From IMG/VR virus record IMGVR_UViG_3300000062_000468: DNA of 33,812 nucleotides. One strand, written 5' to 3'. Of this stretch, positions 7,992 to 19,160 are shown one piece after another. Position 1 is the first letter of the stretch. Each line of letters starts with the position of its first letter. Both the position numbers and the translations under genes were made by a program. The notes under the pieces are model-generated. The model was not told the origin of the DNA. It saw only the letters and a program-made list of their open reading frames with translations, and made no database searches. Origin of the DNA: a virus.

Positions 7992-9101
7992 ATGGCGTTT
8001 GGCAAAAAGAATGAAGTAAACCTAGACCCATTAGCGTACAACTTGGCGCTAATTGGGGAAAGTGGCATTGGTAAAACGACAATCGTAAAGGAATATTGTG
8101 AGAAGTTGGCTGGGGAAGATGGATATATTTTCTTGGAAATTGGTAAAGAAGATGGTGCTGACGCAATTGACGGTATTGTTTATGAAGATTGTCCTGATTG
8201 GGATAAGTTTGAAGAGGTTATTGACGATATCGTTGATAACAAGACTAAAGAATATCCAGATTTAAAAGCAGTAGTAATTGATACATATGATGAATTAATG
8301 CGTATTGCTGAACCAGAAGTAATTCGTATGCATAATATTGATAAGCCTGATAAACCGGTCAAAACAATTAAGAGCGCATTTGGAGGATTCGGAGCTGGCG
8401 AAGATAAGGCGATTGAAATTGTTCTTGAAAAATTATGGGAACTTAAAAAGGTAGGAGTGTCTTTTGTTGTTATCGGACATACAAAAACGAGAACACTTGA
8501 AGACCCTGTAACTGGAGAGTCTTATGTTCAGTTGACTACAAATATGATGCAAAAGTATTTTAATGCTATTAAAACGAAAGTACACTTTTTAGGAGTTGCC
8601 GCAATTGATAGAACTATTGTCAAGGAGAAAACTGGCAAGAAAGATATTGTTACGAAGAAAGATGTTGAAAAGGCTGTAATTAAAGACCAAACAAGACGTA
8701 TTACTTTCCGTGATGACAATTTCGTTATTGATTCCAAGTCACGTTTTGCAAATATTGTAGATGCAATCAACATGGATTCAGATGAATTAGTTGGGGCGAT
8801 TAAAGATGCTATTGCAAGTGAACAGTCTAAATCTGGACGCAAAGTGTCTGATGATAAGAAGAAACAAGAAAAGGAAAAACTTGAGAAGGTAAAAGAAGTA
8901 GCCAAAGCTGAAGAAGCTAAAAAGGCTCAAAATAATTTGGATAAGATGTTAGGTAGAATTGCTGACTATATCAAAGCTAATAAAACTGACATGAATAAAA
9001 TCAAACCATTGATTGATCTTGCAAAAGAAAAGGGATATACAAAGCCTCATGAAGTTGATGACATTGAAGTAGCCAAAGAACTTTTAGAACTAACGAAATA
9101 A
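7992..9101 (+). CDS. AAA_24-type (Sak4-like) phage ATPase
   Basis: Walker A GESGIGKT, Walker B VVIDT, IGH motif, KSRF. Confidence 0.85.
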   Translation: MAFGKKNEVNLDPLAYNLALIGESGIGKTTIVKEYCEKLAGEDGYIFLEIGKEDGADAIDGIVYEDCPDWDKFEEVIDDIVDNKTKEYPDLKAVVIDTYDELMRIAEPEVIRMHNIDKPDKPVKTIKSAFGGFGAGEDKAIEIVLEKLWELKKVGVSFVVIGHTKTRTLEDPVTGESYVQLTTNMMQKYFNAIKTKVHFLGVAAIDRTIVKEKTGKKDIVTKKDVEKAVIKDQTRRITFRDDNFVIDSKSRFANIVDAINMDSDELVGAIKDAIASEQSKSGRKVSDDKKKQEKEKLEKVKEVAKAEEAKKAQNNLDKMLGRIADYIKANKTDMNKIKPLIDLAKEKGYTKPHEVDDIEVAKELLELTK

Positions 9102-9122
9102 TCTGGCAGGTGGGAGGAAGCT

Positions 9123-9593
9123 ATGGCTAAAGAGAGTAAAAAAGTGTTGTCTGAAATCGAGAAAAAAGAATGGAATGAATTATATCAATATGTGAGAAAA
9201 TCAATTCTTTTCTATGATGAAAAACAGTCGCTTCCTTCCAGTCTGGTTCTTAGGCTGAAAGGACTGACAAAGGGTAAGTATTTGGACAATCGTAACATCA
9301 AAGATAAGGCTAAATATTCATATAAGATTGTCCTGTATGCTTTCCAAATCTGTAGACCAGCAATTATGTCTGGTATCGCTGGTAAAGAGTTTAAAAACGA
9401 AATGGGTAAGTTTAATTACATATGTAAGATTGTAGAGAACAATCTTAATGACGTTTACTTGCGAGTACAGAAGTCAGAAAAGAGTGAAGAGAAGGTGCGG
9501 TCAATGGAAATTGATAGCCTTGATTATGAAGGTGCTACCTATAATCGAAAGACAGACGAAAAAGAGAATAAAAAACTAGATGCGTTATGGTAG
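9123..9593 (+). CDS. Hypothetical replication-module protein
   Basis: SD GGGAGG; 156 aa between the ATPase and helicase. Confidence 0.8.
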   Translation: MAKESKKVLSEIEKKEWNELYQYVRKSILFYDEKQSLPSSLVLRLKGLTKGKYLDNRNIKDKAKYSYKIVLYAFQICRPAIMSGIAGKEFKNEMGKFNYICKIVENNLNDVYLRVQKSEKSEEKVRSMEIDSLDYEGATYNRKTDEKENKKLDALW

Positions 9594-9609
9594 ATGGGAG
9601 TGATGCGAG

Positions 9610-11100
9610 ATAGCAAAAAAAGATAAACTCACACCATTTCAAGAAGAGCTATTAAAGTCAGTTAGAAAGATTGATGAGTACAAAGAAGCATGTGAGGCAA
9701 ATATAGTTTCGATTTTATACAAAGATACAGACACTATCTACGAAGCCAATTTACAATTAAAAGATTTTACAAATAACATTTGGAGGGTCTATTGGCAAAT
9801 CGCACATGACATTGTGATGGTAGAAAAAAAGACGGTGTTAGATGATATAACAATTGGTTTATATCTTGAGAAACATCCAAAGCTAAAAGACAAATATGAT
9901 GAATATGGTGGTTATGACACAATTGATAGAGCTAGTAGTTATGTTAAGAGTCAAAACCTAGATGGATACATAGAAGAACTGAAAAAATGGAATTGTGTGC
10001 TTGCATTAGCGAGGCGAGGTTTTCCGGTTGGTAATCGACTGAGTGAGTTTTGTGATATGACCGCAGAAGATATATATAACGAATATGAAGCCTTCCTGAA
10101 TGATACATTTATGAATGTGGAGAGTGGTATTAAGAGTTATGATGTTACACATGGTTTAGATGAATTGATTGAAGAGTTGGACGAGGGATTGGCAATAGGA
10201 TTACCATATCACGATTTGCCATTACTATCGAAGGAGACAGGTGGTCAATATATGGGTTCTATCACTCTTATGGGAGGACTTAGTAATGTTGGTAAGTCAA
10301 CAACTGCAAGGTCAGCAACCGTGCCTAGTATTATTAAGAATAAAGAGAGAATTGTAATTATCCTTAATGAAGATGGCATAAAGAAGTGGCAGAGAGAGTT
10401 GCTAGTGTTCGTAGCGAATAATATTATCAAGGAAAACATACAAAAGCATGTTGTTAGAGATGGTAATTTTTCAGATGACGCAAAGGAAACACTAAGGAAA
10501 GCAGCAAACTGGCTGAAAGAGCAGACTGCCAATCATAATATAACAATAATTCCATTTGAGAAGTATTCAACAAAAAAAGCAATCAAAGTAATAAAGAAGT
10601 ATGCAAGCATGGGTGTTAAATATTTCTTATTAGACACATTTAAAATGGATGCTGGCAAAGTGAGTGATAAGACGTGGTTAGAGATGCAACAGGCAATGGT
10701 AGAAATCAATGATGTTGTAAAACCAGAGGTAAAGAATTTACATATACTAATCACATTCCAGTTGGCTAAAGGGAGTGCAAAGCAACGATTTTATACACAG
10801 GATAATATCGGGATGTCAAAGAATATTGTAGATACCGCATCAACATGTATTATGATTCGTGATTTATACGAGGATGAATACACAGATGAGAAAAGAGAAT
10901 TAAAGGTGTATCGACCAGAGGGCGTAAATGGTAGAACCAAAATTCCGGTCAAATTAGACAAAGATAAACATTATCAGATTTTATTCATTATTAAGAATCG
11001 TGAGGGTGCAGCCAATCGTTACCAGATAGTCATTGAAACAGATATGAGTAGAAATATTATACATGAAATTGGTATTACAAATGTACCAGTAGACTTTTAG
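9610..11100 (+). CDS. dnaB: DnaB-like replicative helicase (probable ATA start, 496 aa)
   Basis: Walker A GLSNVGKS, FLLDTFK, ITFQL, IIKNREG; frame open back to ATA 9610, which follows SD GGGAGTGA. Confidence 0.88.
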   Translation: MAKKDKLTPFQEELLKSVRKIDEYKEACEANIVSILYKDTDTIYEANLQLKDFTNNIWRVYWQIAHDIVMVEKKTVLDDITIGLYLEKHPKLKDKYDEYGGYDTIDRASSYVKSQNLDGYIEELKKWNCVLALARRGFPVGNRLSEFCDMTAEDIYNEYEAFLNDTFMNVESGIKSYDVTHGLDELIEELDEGLAIGLPYHDLPLLSKETGGQYMGSITLMGGLSNVGKSTTARSATVPSIIKNKERIVIILNEDGIKKWQRELLVFVANNIIKENIQKHVVRDGNFSDDAKETLRKAANWLKEQTANHNITIIPFEKYSTKKAIKVIKKYASMGVKYFLLDTFKMDAGKVSDKTWLEMQQAMVEINDVVKPEVKNLHILITFQLAKGSAKQRFYTQDNIGMSKNIVDTASTCIMIRDLYEDEYTDEKRELKVYRPEGVNGRTKIPVKLDKDKHYQILFIIKNREGAANRYQIVIETDMSRNIIHEIGITNVPVDF

Positions 11101-11118
11101 AGAGGAGATGGTAGCGAT

Positions 11119-12207
11119 ATGACTGTAATCGAACTTAAGCAATATATTTACGATAATAACAAGATTGAATTTATATTAAACGAGATAGGTTGTGGTTATA
11201 TTAAATATCACTCTCAAAAAGAATACTACAGTTGTGCGAATGTTGATGGTGATAATAAGTCAGCCGTCACGATAAAAAATGTACCGTATTTGAGCTGTAG
11301 GAATTACACAAGAGAAAAATATTTTGATGACAATTCAGACTTATTGAGCTTGGTGAAATATAACCTATCAAGAGAAAATAAGGATATTAGTTTTTACGAT
11401 GTGATGAAATATACCCATAAAAAGCTAGGGTTAAAACTTACCTATCGTAAGGAAGAAAAGAAAAAAGAAAAGATTGATCCACTACATATATTCAAAAGAG
11501 TAAGAGCAAGACGTAAGAAATTTAATGTGCTTGCTTATGATTTTCTACAAGAAGGCGAAGCCTTGGCTTTTAATCCATATATTCATATTAGTTGGTACAA
11601 GGAAGGCATTATGCCATGGACTAGTAAGAAATTTGGACTGGCATATAACTATACATATAAGAGAAATGTTATTCCTCTAAGATATTGGCTTACTGGTGAA
11701 TTGATGGGATTCACACAAAGAACTGTTATAGAAAATTACGATTTGTTTGATATTAAGAAATACTTTATAACCCCTGGATATCCAAAACAGATGAATCTAT
11801 TTGGACTGTGGGAAAATAGAGAACATATTAAAAATAGTAAACATGTTGTAGTGTTTGAAGCTGAAAAATCAGTATTAAAAAGAGACAGTTTAAATGACTT
11901 CTACAATGTGGCAATTAGTGGACATGAGATTTCAGACGAACAGGCAGAGATATTGATTGGATTAGATTGTGAGATAGTAATTGCCTTTGATAAGGATATT
12001 GATATAGAGCATATCAGACATTGTTGTGAGAAATTCTATTATATCCGCAAGGTCAGCTATATATATGATAAGTGGGATTTGATGTCAGGTAAAGAATCAC
12101 CAGCAGATAAGAATAATATCATATATCAATTTATGTTTGAACACAGAGTTACTTACGATGAAAACGAACACAGAGAGTATTTAAAGAGTTTGAAGAAGGG
12201 GAATTAA
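11119..12207 (+). CDS. DNA primase (TOPRIM)
   Basis: VVFEAEKS and IAFDKD TOPRIM motifs; KY..PG and LFGL; follows the helicase. Confidence 0.85.
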   Translation: MTVIELKQYIYDNNKIEFILNEIGCGYIKYHSQKEYYSCANVDGDNKSAVTIKNVPYLSCRNYTREKYFDDNSDLLSLVKYNLSRENKDISFYDVMKYTHKKLGLKLTYRKEEKKKEKIDPLHIFKRVRARRKKFNVLAYDFLQEGEALAFNPYIHISWYKEGIMPWTSKKFGLAYNYTYKRNVIPLRYWLTGELMGFTQRTVIENYDLFDIKKYFITPGYPKQMNLFGLWENREHIKNSKHVVVFEAEKSVLKRDSLNDFYNVAISGHEISDEQAEILIGLDCEIVIAFDKDIDIEHIRHCCEKFYYIRKVSYIYDKWDLMSGKESPADKNNIIYQFMFEHRVTYDENEHREYLKSLKKGN

Positions 12208-13394
12208 TGGCAAGAAAAACAGGTGAAGAATTAGAAAAAATCAAAAGCAAGCATGGCGTAGACAAGTTGTATAGTTGGAGCAGGGTTAATAGCTATCATA
12301 CATCACCATATGAATACTTTTTAAGATATGTAAAAAATCCATTAGAGCCAGAACCAGAAGATAGAGAAGATTGTATTTATGGTGTGGCGGGTAATTTAGT
12401 ACATGATATTATGGAAAGATTTTATAGTAACGAGATTACATATGAAGAAATGACAGATGAATTTGAAGATGCATGGCTTACAGCTAGTGTTGCAGAATTA
12501 AAATTTGACCGTAATGCCGAGGATAAAGATAAGAAGATATCAGCCAAGTATTATGAATGTTTAAAACACTTTTTCAAACACCATAAGATTATAGAATATA
12601 AGGTTGATTTAGAACGATTTATCACAGTTAAGATTGGCAACAGTGTTCTGCAAGGGTACATAGACTGCTGTTTTAGGGATGATGATGGATGTATTACTAT
12701 CCTTGATTGGAAAACATCAACAATATACAAAGGGGCGAAAGCACTGAATGAGTGCGGTCAACTCGTAGTATATGCTGTTGCATTACATCAACTAGGTGTT
12801 CCATATGAAAAGATTAAGATTTGTTGGGACTTTTTAAAATATGTGAATGTTGAAATCACTCAAGCAAATGGTAAGAAGACAGAACGACAGATTGAACGTA
12901 ATCAAATTGGAGAGAAGCTACAAAGTAACGCTAAAATGTGGTTAAAGAAATGTGGTTATGAAGAAGAGATTGTTGAATACTTAGACTTGTTGGTTCAAAC
13001 AAATAGTATTGAATGCTTGCCGAAGGATGTGCAAGCAAAGTACAAGCAATCAGATTGTATTATGTATGTTGATTTAACAGATGAGCTGATAGACAAGTGG
13101 CATAACCATGTGACTGAGATTATTAAAGAAATAGAAGGAAAAGAAGAAGAATATAAAAAGACTGAAGACGACAAGCTGTTTTGGGAATCAGATGAGCAAG
13201 TTGCAGCACAAAGTTATTACTTCGCAACATTGTGTGGTTATTCGGCAAACAAGCATAAACCATATAAGGCATATCTTGAAAGATTAGATAGGGAAAAAGA
13301 AGAAAAAGAAAATCTTTATGGTGGTGTTGGTACTGATAGTGGCACTGATGGCGATGATAAGAACGAAGATATGTCTTGGCTTAATGACTTGTAA
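12207..13394 (+). CDS. PD-(D/E)XK (RecB-family) nuclease
   Basis: SWSR...SPYEY, GNLVH, QGYID...ILDWKT, QLVVYA; acidic tail ending WLNDL. Confidence 0.88.
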   Translation: MARKTGEELEKIKSKHGVDKLYSWSRVNSYHTSPYEYFLRYVKNPLEPEPEDREDCIYGVAGNLVHDIMERFYSNEITYEEMTDEFEDAWLTASVAELKFDRNAEDKDKKISAKYYECLKHFFKHHKIIEYKVDLERFITVKIGNSVLQGYIDCCFRDDDGCITILDWKTSTIYKGAKALNECGQLVVYAVALHQLGVPYEKIKICWDFLKYVNVEITQANGKKTERQIERNQIGEKLQSNAKMWLKKCGYEEEIVEYLDLLVQTNSIECLPKDVQAKYKQSDCIMYVDLTDELIDKWHNHVTEIIKEIEGKEEEYKKTEDDKLFWESDEQVAAQSYYFATLCGYSANKHKPYKAYLERLDREKEEKENLYGGVGTDSGTDGDDKNEDMSWLNDL

Positions 13395-13420
13395 GAGATA
13401 GAAGAAAGCGAGGTAATACT

Positions 13421-16400
13421 ATTAAGAATTACGAGAACACATATACGGTATATCATTGTCACTCATGGATGAGTAATTGTAATGGCTTTGCCGATTCGTG
13501 TACAGATTTTAAAGACTACATTAATCTGGCTAAAAAACAAGGTATGAAAGCTATTGCATTTAGCGAACATGGTGGTATATGGGAATGGATAAGAAAGAAG
13601 CAAGAGTGTGATAAGGCTGGTATTAAATACATACATGGTGTCGAGCTGTATCTTTGTCATAAATTGGAAGATGATGACCGTGGTGGACATATAGGATTAT
13701 ATGCCAAGAATTGGGATGGGGTTTTAGAATTAAACAAACTGGTATCCATAGCTTCGTCTAAAGGGACAGAAGAAGACAATACAGACAGACATATGTACTT
13801 CAATCCTCGCATCAGTTTGGAAGAGTTGATACATACAAGTGACAACATAATTTTTACAAGTGCTTGTCTTGCTTCACCTATTAATAGATGGACAAGCGAG
13901 AATAATTTAAACGAAGATGCATTTAATTTACTCGTTGATTGGATGACCAAAAACAAACATCGTTGTTTTCTTGAAATTCAATATCACAATGTAGACAGCC
14001 AAATAAGATATAACGAGTCGTTATATCGCATAAGTTTAGAAACAGGAATACCATTAATAGCTGGAACAGATACACATTCGGCAAATGATTATAAAGCAGA
14101 TTGTCGTAAAATCCTCCAGAAATACAAGAAGAGTTTTTACGGAGAAGAGGATGAATTTAACCTCACTTGGAAGACTTATGATGAACTGATTAAATCGTTT
14201 GAAAAACAAATGACATTAAGACCAGAAATATATATGGACGCTATACAAAATACTAATAAGTTTGCTGATATGATTGAAGATTTTAAATTGGATACGTCTT
14301 TTAAATACCCTACACTTTATGGTGAGGATGTAAAAGAACAATGGAAATCTTTAATTTATAAAATGTTTGAAGAAAAGGCTAAGAACGGTGAGCTTATAAC
14401 TGCCACAAGAGTAATCAATGAGTACGAAGATTTTTTGAAGAGTGGTTTAGAAGAAGAATATGCTCCGTACACAAAAGAACTGTATAAAGAAGCTAAAAAT
14501 ACTTCGGACGAACATTTTTTAAATAAGTATAAGAGGGCTATAGGCGAAGAGTTTAGAGTAATGCATAAATTAGGCATGGATAGTTTTATGATGTTTATGT
14601 CAGAACTATGCCGTTGGTGTGAAGAGAATGGCATACCACGAGGAACTGGCAGAGGAAGTGTTGCTGGTTGCATGATTGCATTTATCACAGATATTACAGA
14701 TGTAGACCCTATAAAATGGGGAACAGTATTCTCAAGATTCTGTAACGAAGACAGGATTTCGCTTGGAGATATCGACGTTGACTTCGCCCCTGAAGACAGA
14801 GGTAGAGTATATCAATATATCATAGAGAGATTTACGCCACACAAGACAGCATACATAGCAGCATTTTCGACATTACAAGACAGAGGGTGCATAGATGTTC
14901 TTGCTGGTGGTCTAGGGTATGAAGACTTAAGTAAGGTCATGGATATAAAAAACAAGTTTGACGAATACTTCAAAGCGTACTCTAAAATAATTCAAGAAGA
15001 GGTAAATAGTGAAGACCTTGTAGAAGAAAAGTTGATAGATTCAACATCGGTTAGTTTCGACAATCACGAATTGTATCTGACAAGAATTAATGTTGAAGAG
15101 GCAGCAAAAAAACTTAAAAGTTTATTTGAAATGTATCAGAAATTGCTAAGTGACAACAAGGATTTATTTCATTACTTAGATGGGTTAAAAGGAACAGTTG
15201 TAGCAAAAGGTAGTCATCCTAGTGGGATTATTGGTTCACCCATAACATTGTTAGACAACATGGGTGTGTATTTTAAAGATGGCAATTTAGATATGCCAAT
15301 TTCCACTTGTGCGATGAAAGCCGTCGACTCTTTGAACTATGTTAAGTTTGATATTCTTGGGTTAAAAACAGTGGGAATAATCAAAGATGCTTGTAAGTAT
15401 CTTGGAATTCCATATCCTAAAGCGTCAAAAATGAATTGGAATGATAAAAAGGTGTGGACTGATATGAAGCGAATAGCTTACGGATGCTTTCAGTTTGAAG
15501 GATCATATTCGTTCGGTCTACTCAAAGACTTTGAGCCACATACCATAAATCACATGTCGATGGTTAACGCAGCACTAAGACCATCAGGCAAATCATATAG
15601 GAATAGATTGATAACTGGAGAGTTTAATAAGAATCCATCTAAAGAAATAGATAAGTTACTAGAAAGTAATCGAGGGTATCTAATTTTTCAAGAAGACACA
15701 ATTAAATTTCTTACAGACATTTGTGGTTTTAGCGGTTCAGCCGGAGATTCGACCAGAAGATCCATAGGAAAAAAAGACCGCAAAGCGCTACAGAAACAAT
15801 TACCATCTATTTTAGAAGGGTATTGTAATCACTCAGATAAATCAAGAGAAGTTGCAGAAAAAGAAGCCAAACAGTTTATACAAATTATTCAAGATTCATC
15901 TGAGTATCAATTTGGTCTAAATCATGCAACAGCATATTCAATGAATGGTTTTGAGTGTGTGCACCTTCGTGCGTATTATCCAGTAGAGTTTGTAGCAGCA
16001 TATTTAAACAGAGCAGAAAACAAAGACGATATCAACTACGGCATTGCTTTGGCGAAAGAATATGGCATAACGGTTTATCCAATAAGATTTGGAAAGTCGT
16101 TAGCAGAGTACACAATAGATAAAGATAACAAAGCTGTGTATAAAGGTATTTCTTCGATTAAATTCTGTAATGAGCTAATTGCTAAAGAACTTATGACTTT
16201 GTCAGAAAATAAATATAAAACTTTCCCAGAATTGCTAAAGGATGTTAGCGATAAAACTTCGGTAAACTCACGACAATTAAGAATTTTAACAGGATTGAAT
16301 TTTTTTCGAGAATTTGGAGAGAATAAGTACTTGCTAAAAATCATTGAGTTATATGAGCAGTTCGCAACTTGTAAACAAATAAAAAAAGATAAACTAGAAG

Positions 16401-16864
16401 AGTTGGGACTATCTGAATTCTTAATGAAAAAATACGCAGATAAAGAAACAGAAAAGCTATATAAAGAAATCAACAATGTTGGATTGATTAAAGCATTATC
16501 TAGTAAAATTCCTAACAAACCAATGGGTATTATTGAAACTATGAAATTTGAAAAAGAATTCCTAGAGTACATAATATATACAAATAATGAGGTGTCTGAT
16601 AAGTATTACATGATTGTTGATTACAAGACCTACAAAGATGTAACTAAACCATACATTATTGCCAGAAACATTAAGACGGGTGATGAAATTAAGACGAGGG
16701 TTAAGCAATCTAAGGTGTTTAAAGAAAATCCGTTTGGGCTATGGAGTGTGTTGAAAATTAGAGAGTTCAGCAAAGAGTTTAAGAAGCGACCTAATGCTGA
16801 AGGCAAATGGGTGTCAACTGACGAGATAGAAGATATTTTAGGAGAATATGAGGTGATTAAATAA
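13421..16864 (+). CDS. dnaE: DNA polymerase III alpha subunit (probable ATT start, 1147 aa)
   Basis: PHP motifs YHCHS (upstream of the track ATG), SEHG, GVE, TDTH; GRGSVAG, DIDVD, KFDILGL, FQFE, GYLIFQE. Confidence 0.95.
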   Translation: MKNYENTYTVYHCHSWMSNCNGFADSCTDFKDYINLAKKQGMKAIAFSEHGGIWEWIRKKQECDKAGIKYIHGVELYLCHKLEDDDRGGHIGLYAKNWDGVLELNKLVSIASSKGTEEDNTDRHMYFNPRISLEELIHTSDNIIFTSACLASPINRWTSENNLNEDAFNLLVDWMTKNKHRCFLEIQYHNVDSQIRYNESLYRISLETGIPLIAGTDTHSANDYKADCRKILQKYKKSFYGEEDEFNLTWKTYDELIKSFEKQMTLRPEIYMDAIQNTNKFADMIEDFKLDTSFKYPTLYGEDVKEQWKSLIYKMFEEKAKNGELITATRVINEYEDFLKSGLEEEYAPYTKELYKEAKNTSDEHFLNKYKRAIGEEFRVMHKLGMDSFMMFMSELCRWCEENGIPRGTGRGSVAGCMIAFITDITDVDPIKWGTVFSRFCNEDRISLGDIDVDFAPEDRGRVYQYIIERFTPHKTAYIAAFSTLQDRGCIDVLAGGLGYEDLSKVMDIKNKFDEYFKAYSKIIQEEVNSEDLVEEKLIDSTSVSFDNHELYLTRINVEEAAKKLKSLFEMYQKLLSDNKDLFHYLDGLKGTVVAKGSHPSGIIGSPITLLDNMGVYFKDGNLDMPISTCAMKAVDSLNYVKFDILGLKTVGIIKDACKYLGIPYPKASKMNWNDKKVWTDMKRIAYGCFQFEGSYSFGLLKDFEPHTINHMSMVNAALRPSGKSYRNRLITGEFNKNPSKEIDKLLESNRGYLIFQEDTIKFLTDICGFSGSAGDSTRRSIGKKDRKALQKQLPSILEGYCNHSDKSREVAEKEAKQFIQIIQDSSEYQFGLNHATAYSMNGFECVHLRAYYPVEFVAAYLNRAENKDDINYGIALAKEYGITVYPIRFGKSLAEYTIDKDNKAVYKGISSIKFCNELIAKELMTLSENKYKTFPELLKDVSDKTSVNSRQLRILTGLNFFREFGENKYLLKIIELYEQFATCKQIKKDKLEELGLSEFLMKKYADKETEKLYKEINNVGLIKALSSKIPNKPMGIIETMKFEKEFLEYIIYTNNEVSDKYYMIVDYKTYKDVTKPYIIARNIKTGDEIKTRVKQSKVFKENPFGLWSVLKIREFSKEFKKRPNAEGKWVSTDEIEDILGEYEVIK

Positions 16865-19141
16865 GTGGCAGAAGAAAATAAAATAGTTGAATTTAAAGGG
16901 CGAGTAATTCGTCAAATATATGCCAGTGAAGATTACCGTGTATATGCTTTGGATGTAGATAAAGACATTTATCCAGATATTAAACAAACGAAATATCAGA
17001 CAGTAGCAATATCAGGTGAAATCCATGAACTAGGAACTGGCATTGAATACGAAGTAAAGGCTAGAGAAGAAATGAGCAGGAATGGATACGGATATAAGGT
17101 AATTAATATTAAAAGAAATAAGCCTCAATCCGTAGAAGATATGTATGTGTTTCTTCAAGAGATACTAATGCCTAGTCAAGCGAAAGTGTTATATACAGAG
17201 TATCCAGATATTGTTGAAAGGGTTATGAATGATAATGTGGCAGATGTTGACCTCAGTAGATTGCACGGTATTAAAGAATATACTTTTAATGTTATTAAGA
17301 GTAAGATTGTTGAAAATTTTGGACTGGCTGAACTTGTAGTAGAATTTCAAGGGTTGATAAGTTTACCAATGTTAAAACGTCTTAGTGACAAATATACATC
17401 ACTCAAGATGATTCGTAAGAAGTTTAGAGAAGATCCATATAAATGCTTGTGTGGTCTTGCACGAGTTGGGTTTCAGACAGCGGATGCGATACTACTTGAA
17501 CTAGAAAAGACTTCTAAAGCAAATGTTGCAAAAGGCAAAGATGCGATTGTAGAGTTTGGTGAAGACTTAAAGAGCAGCAAGATGAGATGCTTGGCATGTA
17601 TGATATATCTACTGGAGAAAAATGAAGAAGATGGTCATACAGTTATGTCAATATCAGAACTTAGGAAGCAATGTTTAAAGATGACACCGGCTTGTTGTAA
17701 TTACTTCGTGGACTGTATCAAGCATGAGAGTATTGTATATAACAAAGATAAGCTGATTGTAGCACTAAAGCGTACATATGAAACAGAGCAGTATATTGCA
17801 AAGGAACTAATTGAAGGACTGTTTAAAGTTAATAATGAGTGGGATTTCGATTGTAGTAAATATGCTAGTGTGGATGGTTTTGAATTAACAGAAGAACAGA
17901 TAAATACTATGGGAAAGCTAAATAAACATAATGTGTGTATTCTGAATGGCGCTGGAGGGACAGGGAAAACGAGTTCTACACAAGCAGTGATTAATATGTT
18001 GGCAGATAATATGAAATCATTTGTGCTATTCTCGCCCACTGGCAAGGCAGCAAAGGTGTTAAGCGAATATACAAAAAGAGAAGCCACAACTATTCATAGA
18101 GGTCTTGGTTATATGCCACCTAGTAATTGGAATTACGATAAAGAATATAAGCTATATTGTGATGTGGTGGTTATTGATGAGTTTTCTATGGCAGATATAT
18201 TCTTGTTCAAGCATGTGGTAGATGCTATTGACTTTACAAAAACAAAACTATTATTAATAGGCGACAATGCACAGTTACCTTCAGTAGCTTGTGGCAACTT
18301 GCTACACGACTTTATGGAGTCGGGTATCATACCTACAGTTACACTATCTAAGGTATTCAGATACGGCGAAGGCGGTCTGATGAAAGTAGCCACTGATGTA
18401 AGATTGACTAAGCCATATTTAATTGATATTAAAGAACAATTTACACACTTTGGTGATAATAAAGATTATGCTTTTGTGAATATGGGTGATAGTTCAATAG
18501 TGAGAAGCACAGTGGGCTTATATCAAAAGTTGCTTGCTAAAAGTAATACAGTAGAAAATATCCAAGTGCTAACAGCATATAAAAAGGGCGAGTATGGAAC
18601 TATAAAAATCAACAACGAAATACAGAAGGTGGGAAATCCTAATTATGGTAGCCCAGACTGTATGAAAATTGGCGATACAGTGTATTTTAAAGGTGATATT
18701 ATCATTCAAAATGTAAACAACTATCATGCAATGCTAGAAGACCCATGGAATGAAGATGTAGATGAAACATTTATAGCAAATGGTGAGACTGGCAAGATAG
18801 TCAATATCTACACATCGTATGTCACTGTTGATTTTGAAGGTATGGTGGTCAGGTATTACAGAAGCGATATGCAACAAGTAGGTTTGGGATATTGTATTAC
18901 GATTCACAAATCTCAGGGTAGTAGTATTGAGAATGTTATTTTAGTAACACCACAGTCGCACAAATACATGCTTAATTCAAATCTGTTGTATGTAGGACTG
19001 ACCCGTATGAGAAAACAATGCTTTCATTTAGGCAATGTGGATACGGTTAACATAGCAGTAAAGAAGAAAGCAAACTTAACAAGGAATACATCAATGCAAT
19101 GGCTGATTAAAGAACAGTGTAAATTGCTAGGAGTGGCATAA
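16865..19141 (+). CDS. recD2: RecD2-like SF1B helicase
   Basis: GAGGTGKT, SPTGKAA, TIHR, IDEFSM, GDNAQLPSV, TIHKSQGS, LYVGLTR. Confidence 0.93.
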   Translation: MAEENKIVEFKGRVIRQIYASEDYRVYALDVDKDIYPDIKQTKYQTVAISGEIHELGTGIEYEVKAREEMSRNGYGYKVINIKRNKPQSVEDMYVFLQEILMPSQAKVLYTEYPDIVERVMNDNVADVDLSRLHGIKEYTFNVIKSKIVENFGLAELVVEFQGLISLPMLKRLSDKYTSLKMIRKKFREDPYKCLCGLARVGFQTADAILLELEKTSKANVAKGKDAIVEFGEDLKSSKMRCLACMIYLLEKNEEDGHTVMSISELRKQCLKMTPACCNYFVDCIKHESIVYNKDKLIVALKRTYETEQYIAKELIEGLFKVNNEWDFDCSKYASVDGFELTEEQINTMGKLNKHNVCILNGAGGTGKTSSTQAVINMLADNMKSFVLFSPTGKAAKVLSEYTKREATTIHRGLGYMPPSNWNYDKEYKLYCDVVVIDEFSMADIFLFKHVVDAIDFTKTKLLLIGDNAQLPSVACGNLLHDFMESGIIPTVTLSKVFRYGEGGLMKVATDVRLTKPYLIDIKEQFTHFGDNKDYAFVNMGDSSIVRSTVGLYQKLLAKSNTVENIQVLTAYKKGEYGTIKINNEIQKVGNPNYGSPDCMKIGDTVYFKGDIIIQNVNNYHAMLEDPWNEDVDETFIANGETGKIVNIYTSYVTVDFEGMVVRYYRSDMQQVGLGYCITIHKSQGSSIENVILVTPQSHKYMLNSNLLYVGLTRMRKQCFHLGNVDTVNIAVKKKANLTRNTSMQWLIKEQCKLLGVA

Positions 19142-19160
19142 GATAATTCGTATTTGGCGA
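19139..19160 (+). repeat. Junction site J9 TAAGATAA-ttcgta-TTTGGCGA
   Basis: Begins with the recD2 stop TAA; right arm identical to J8. Confidence 0.75.

Noticed and set aside
13421-16864. Intein or intron in dnaE (also checked dnaB and recD2)
   Set aside because: Lengths are normal and I saw no C...HN-C/S/T splice motifs or LAGLIDADG blocks; only short insertions.
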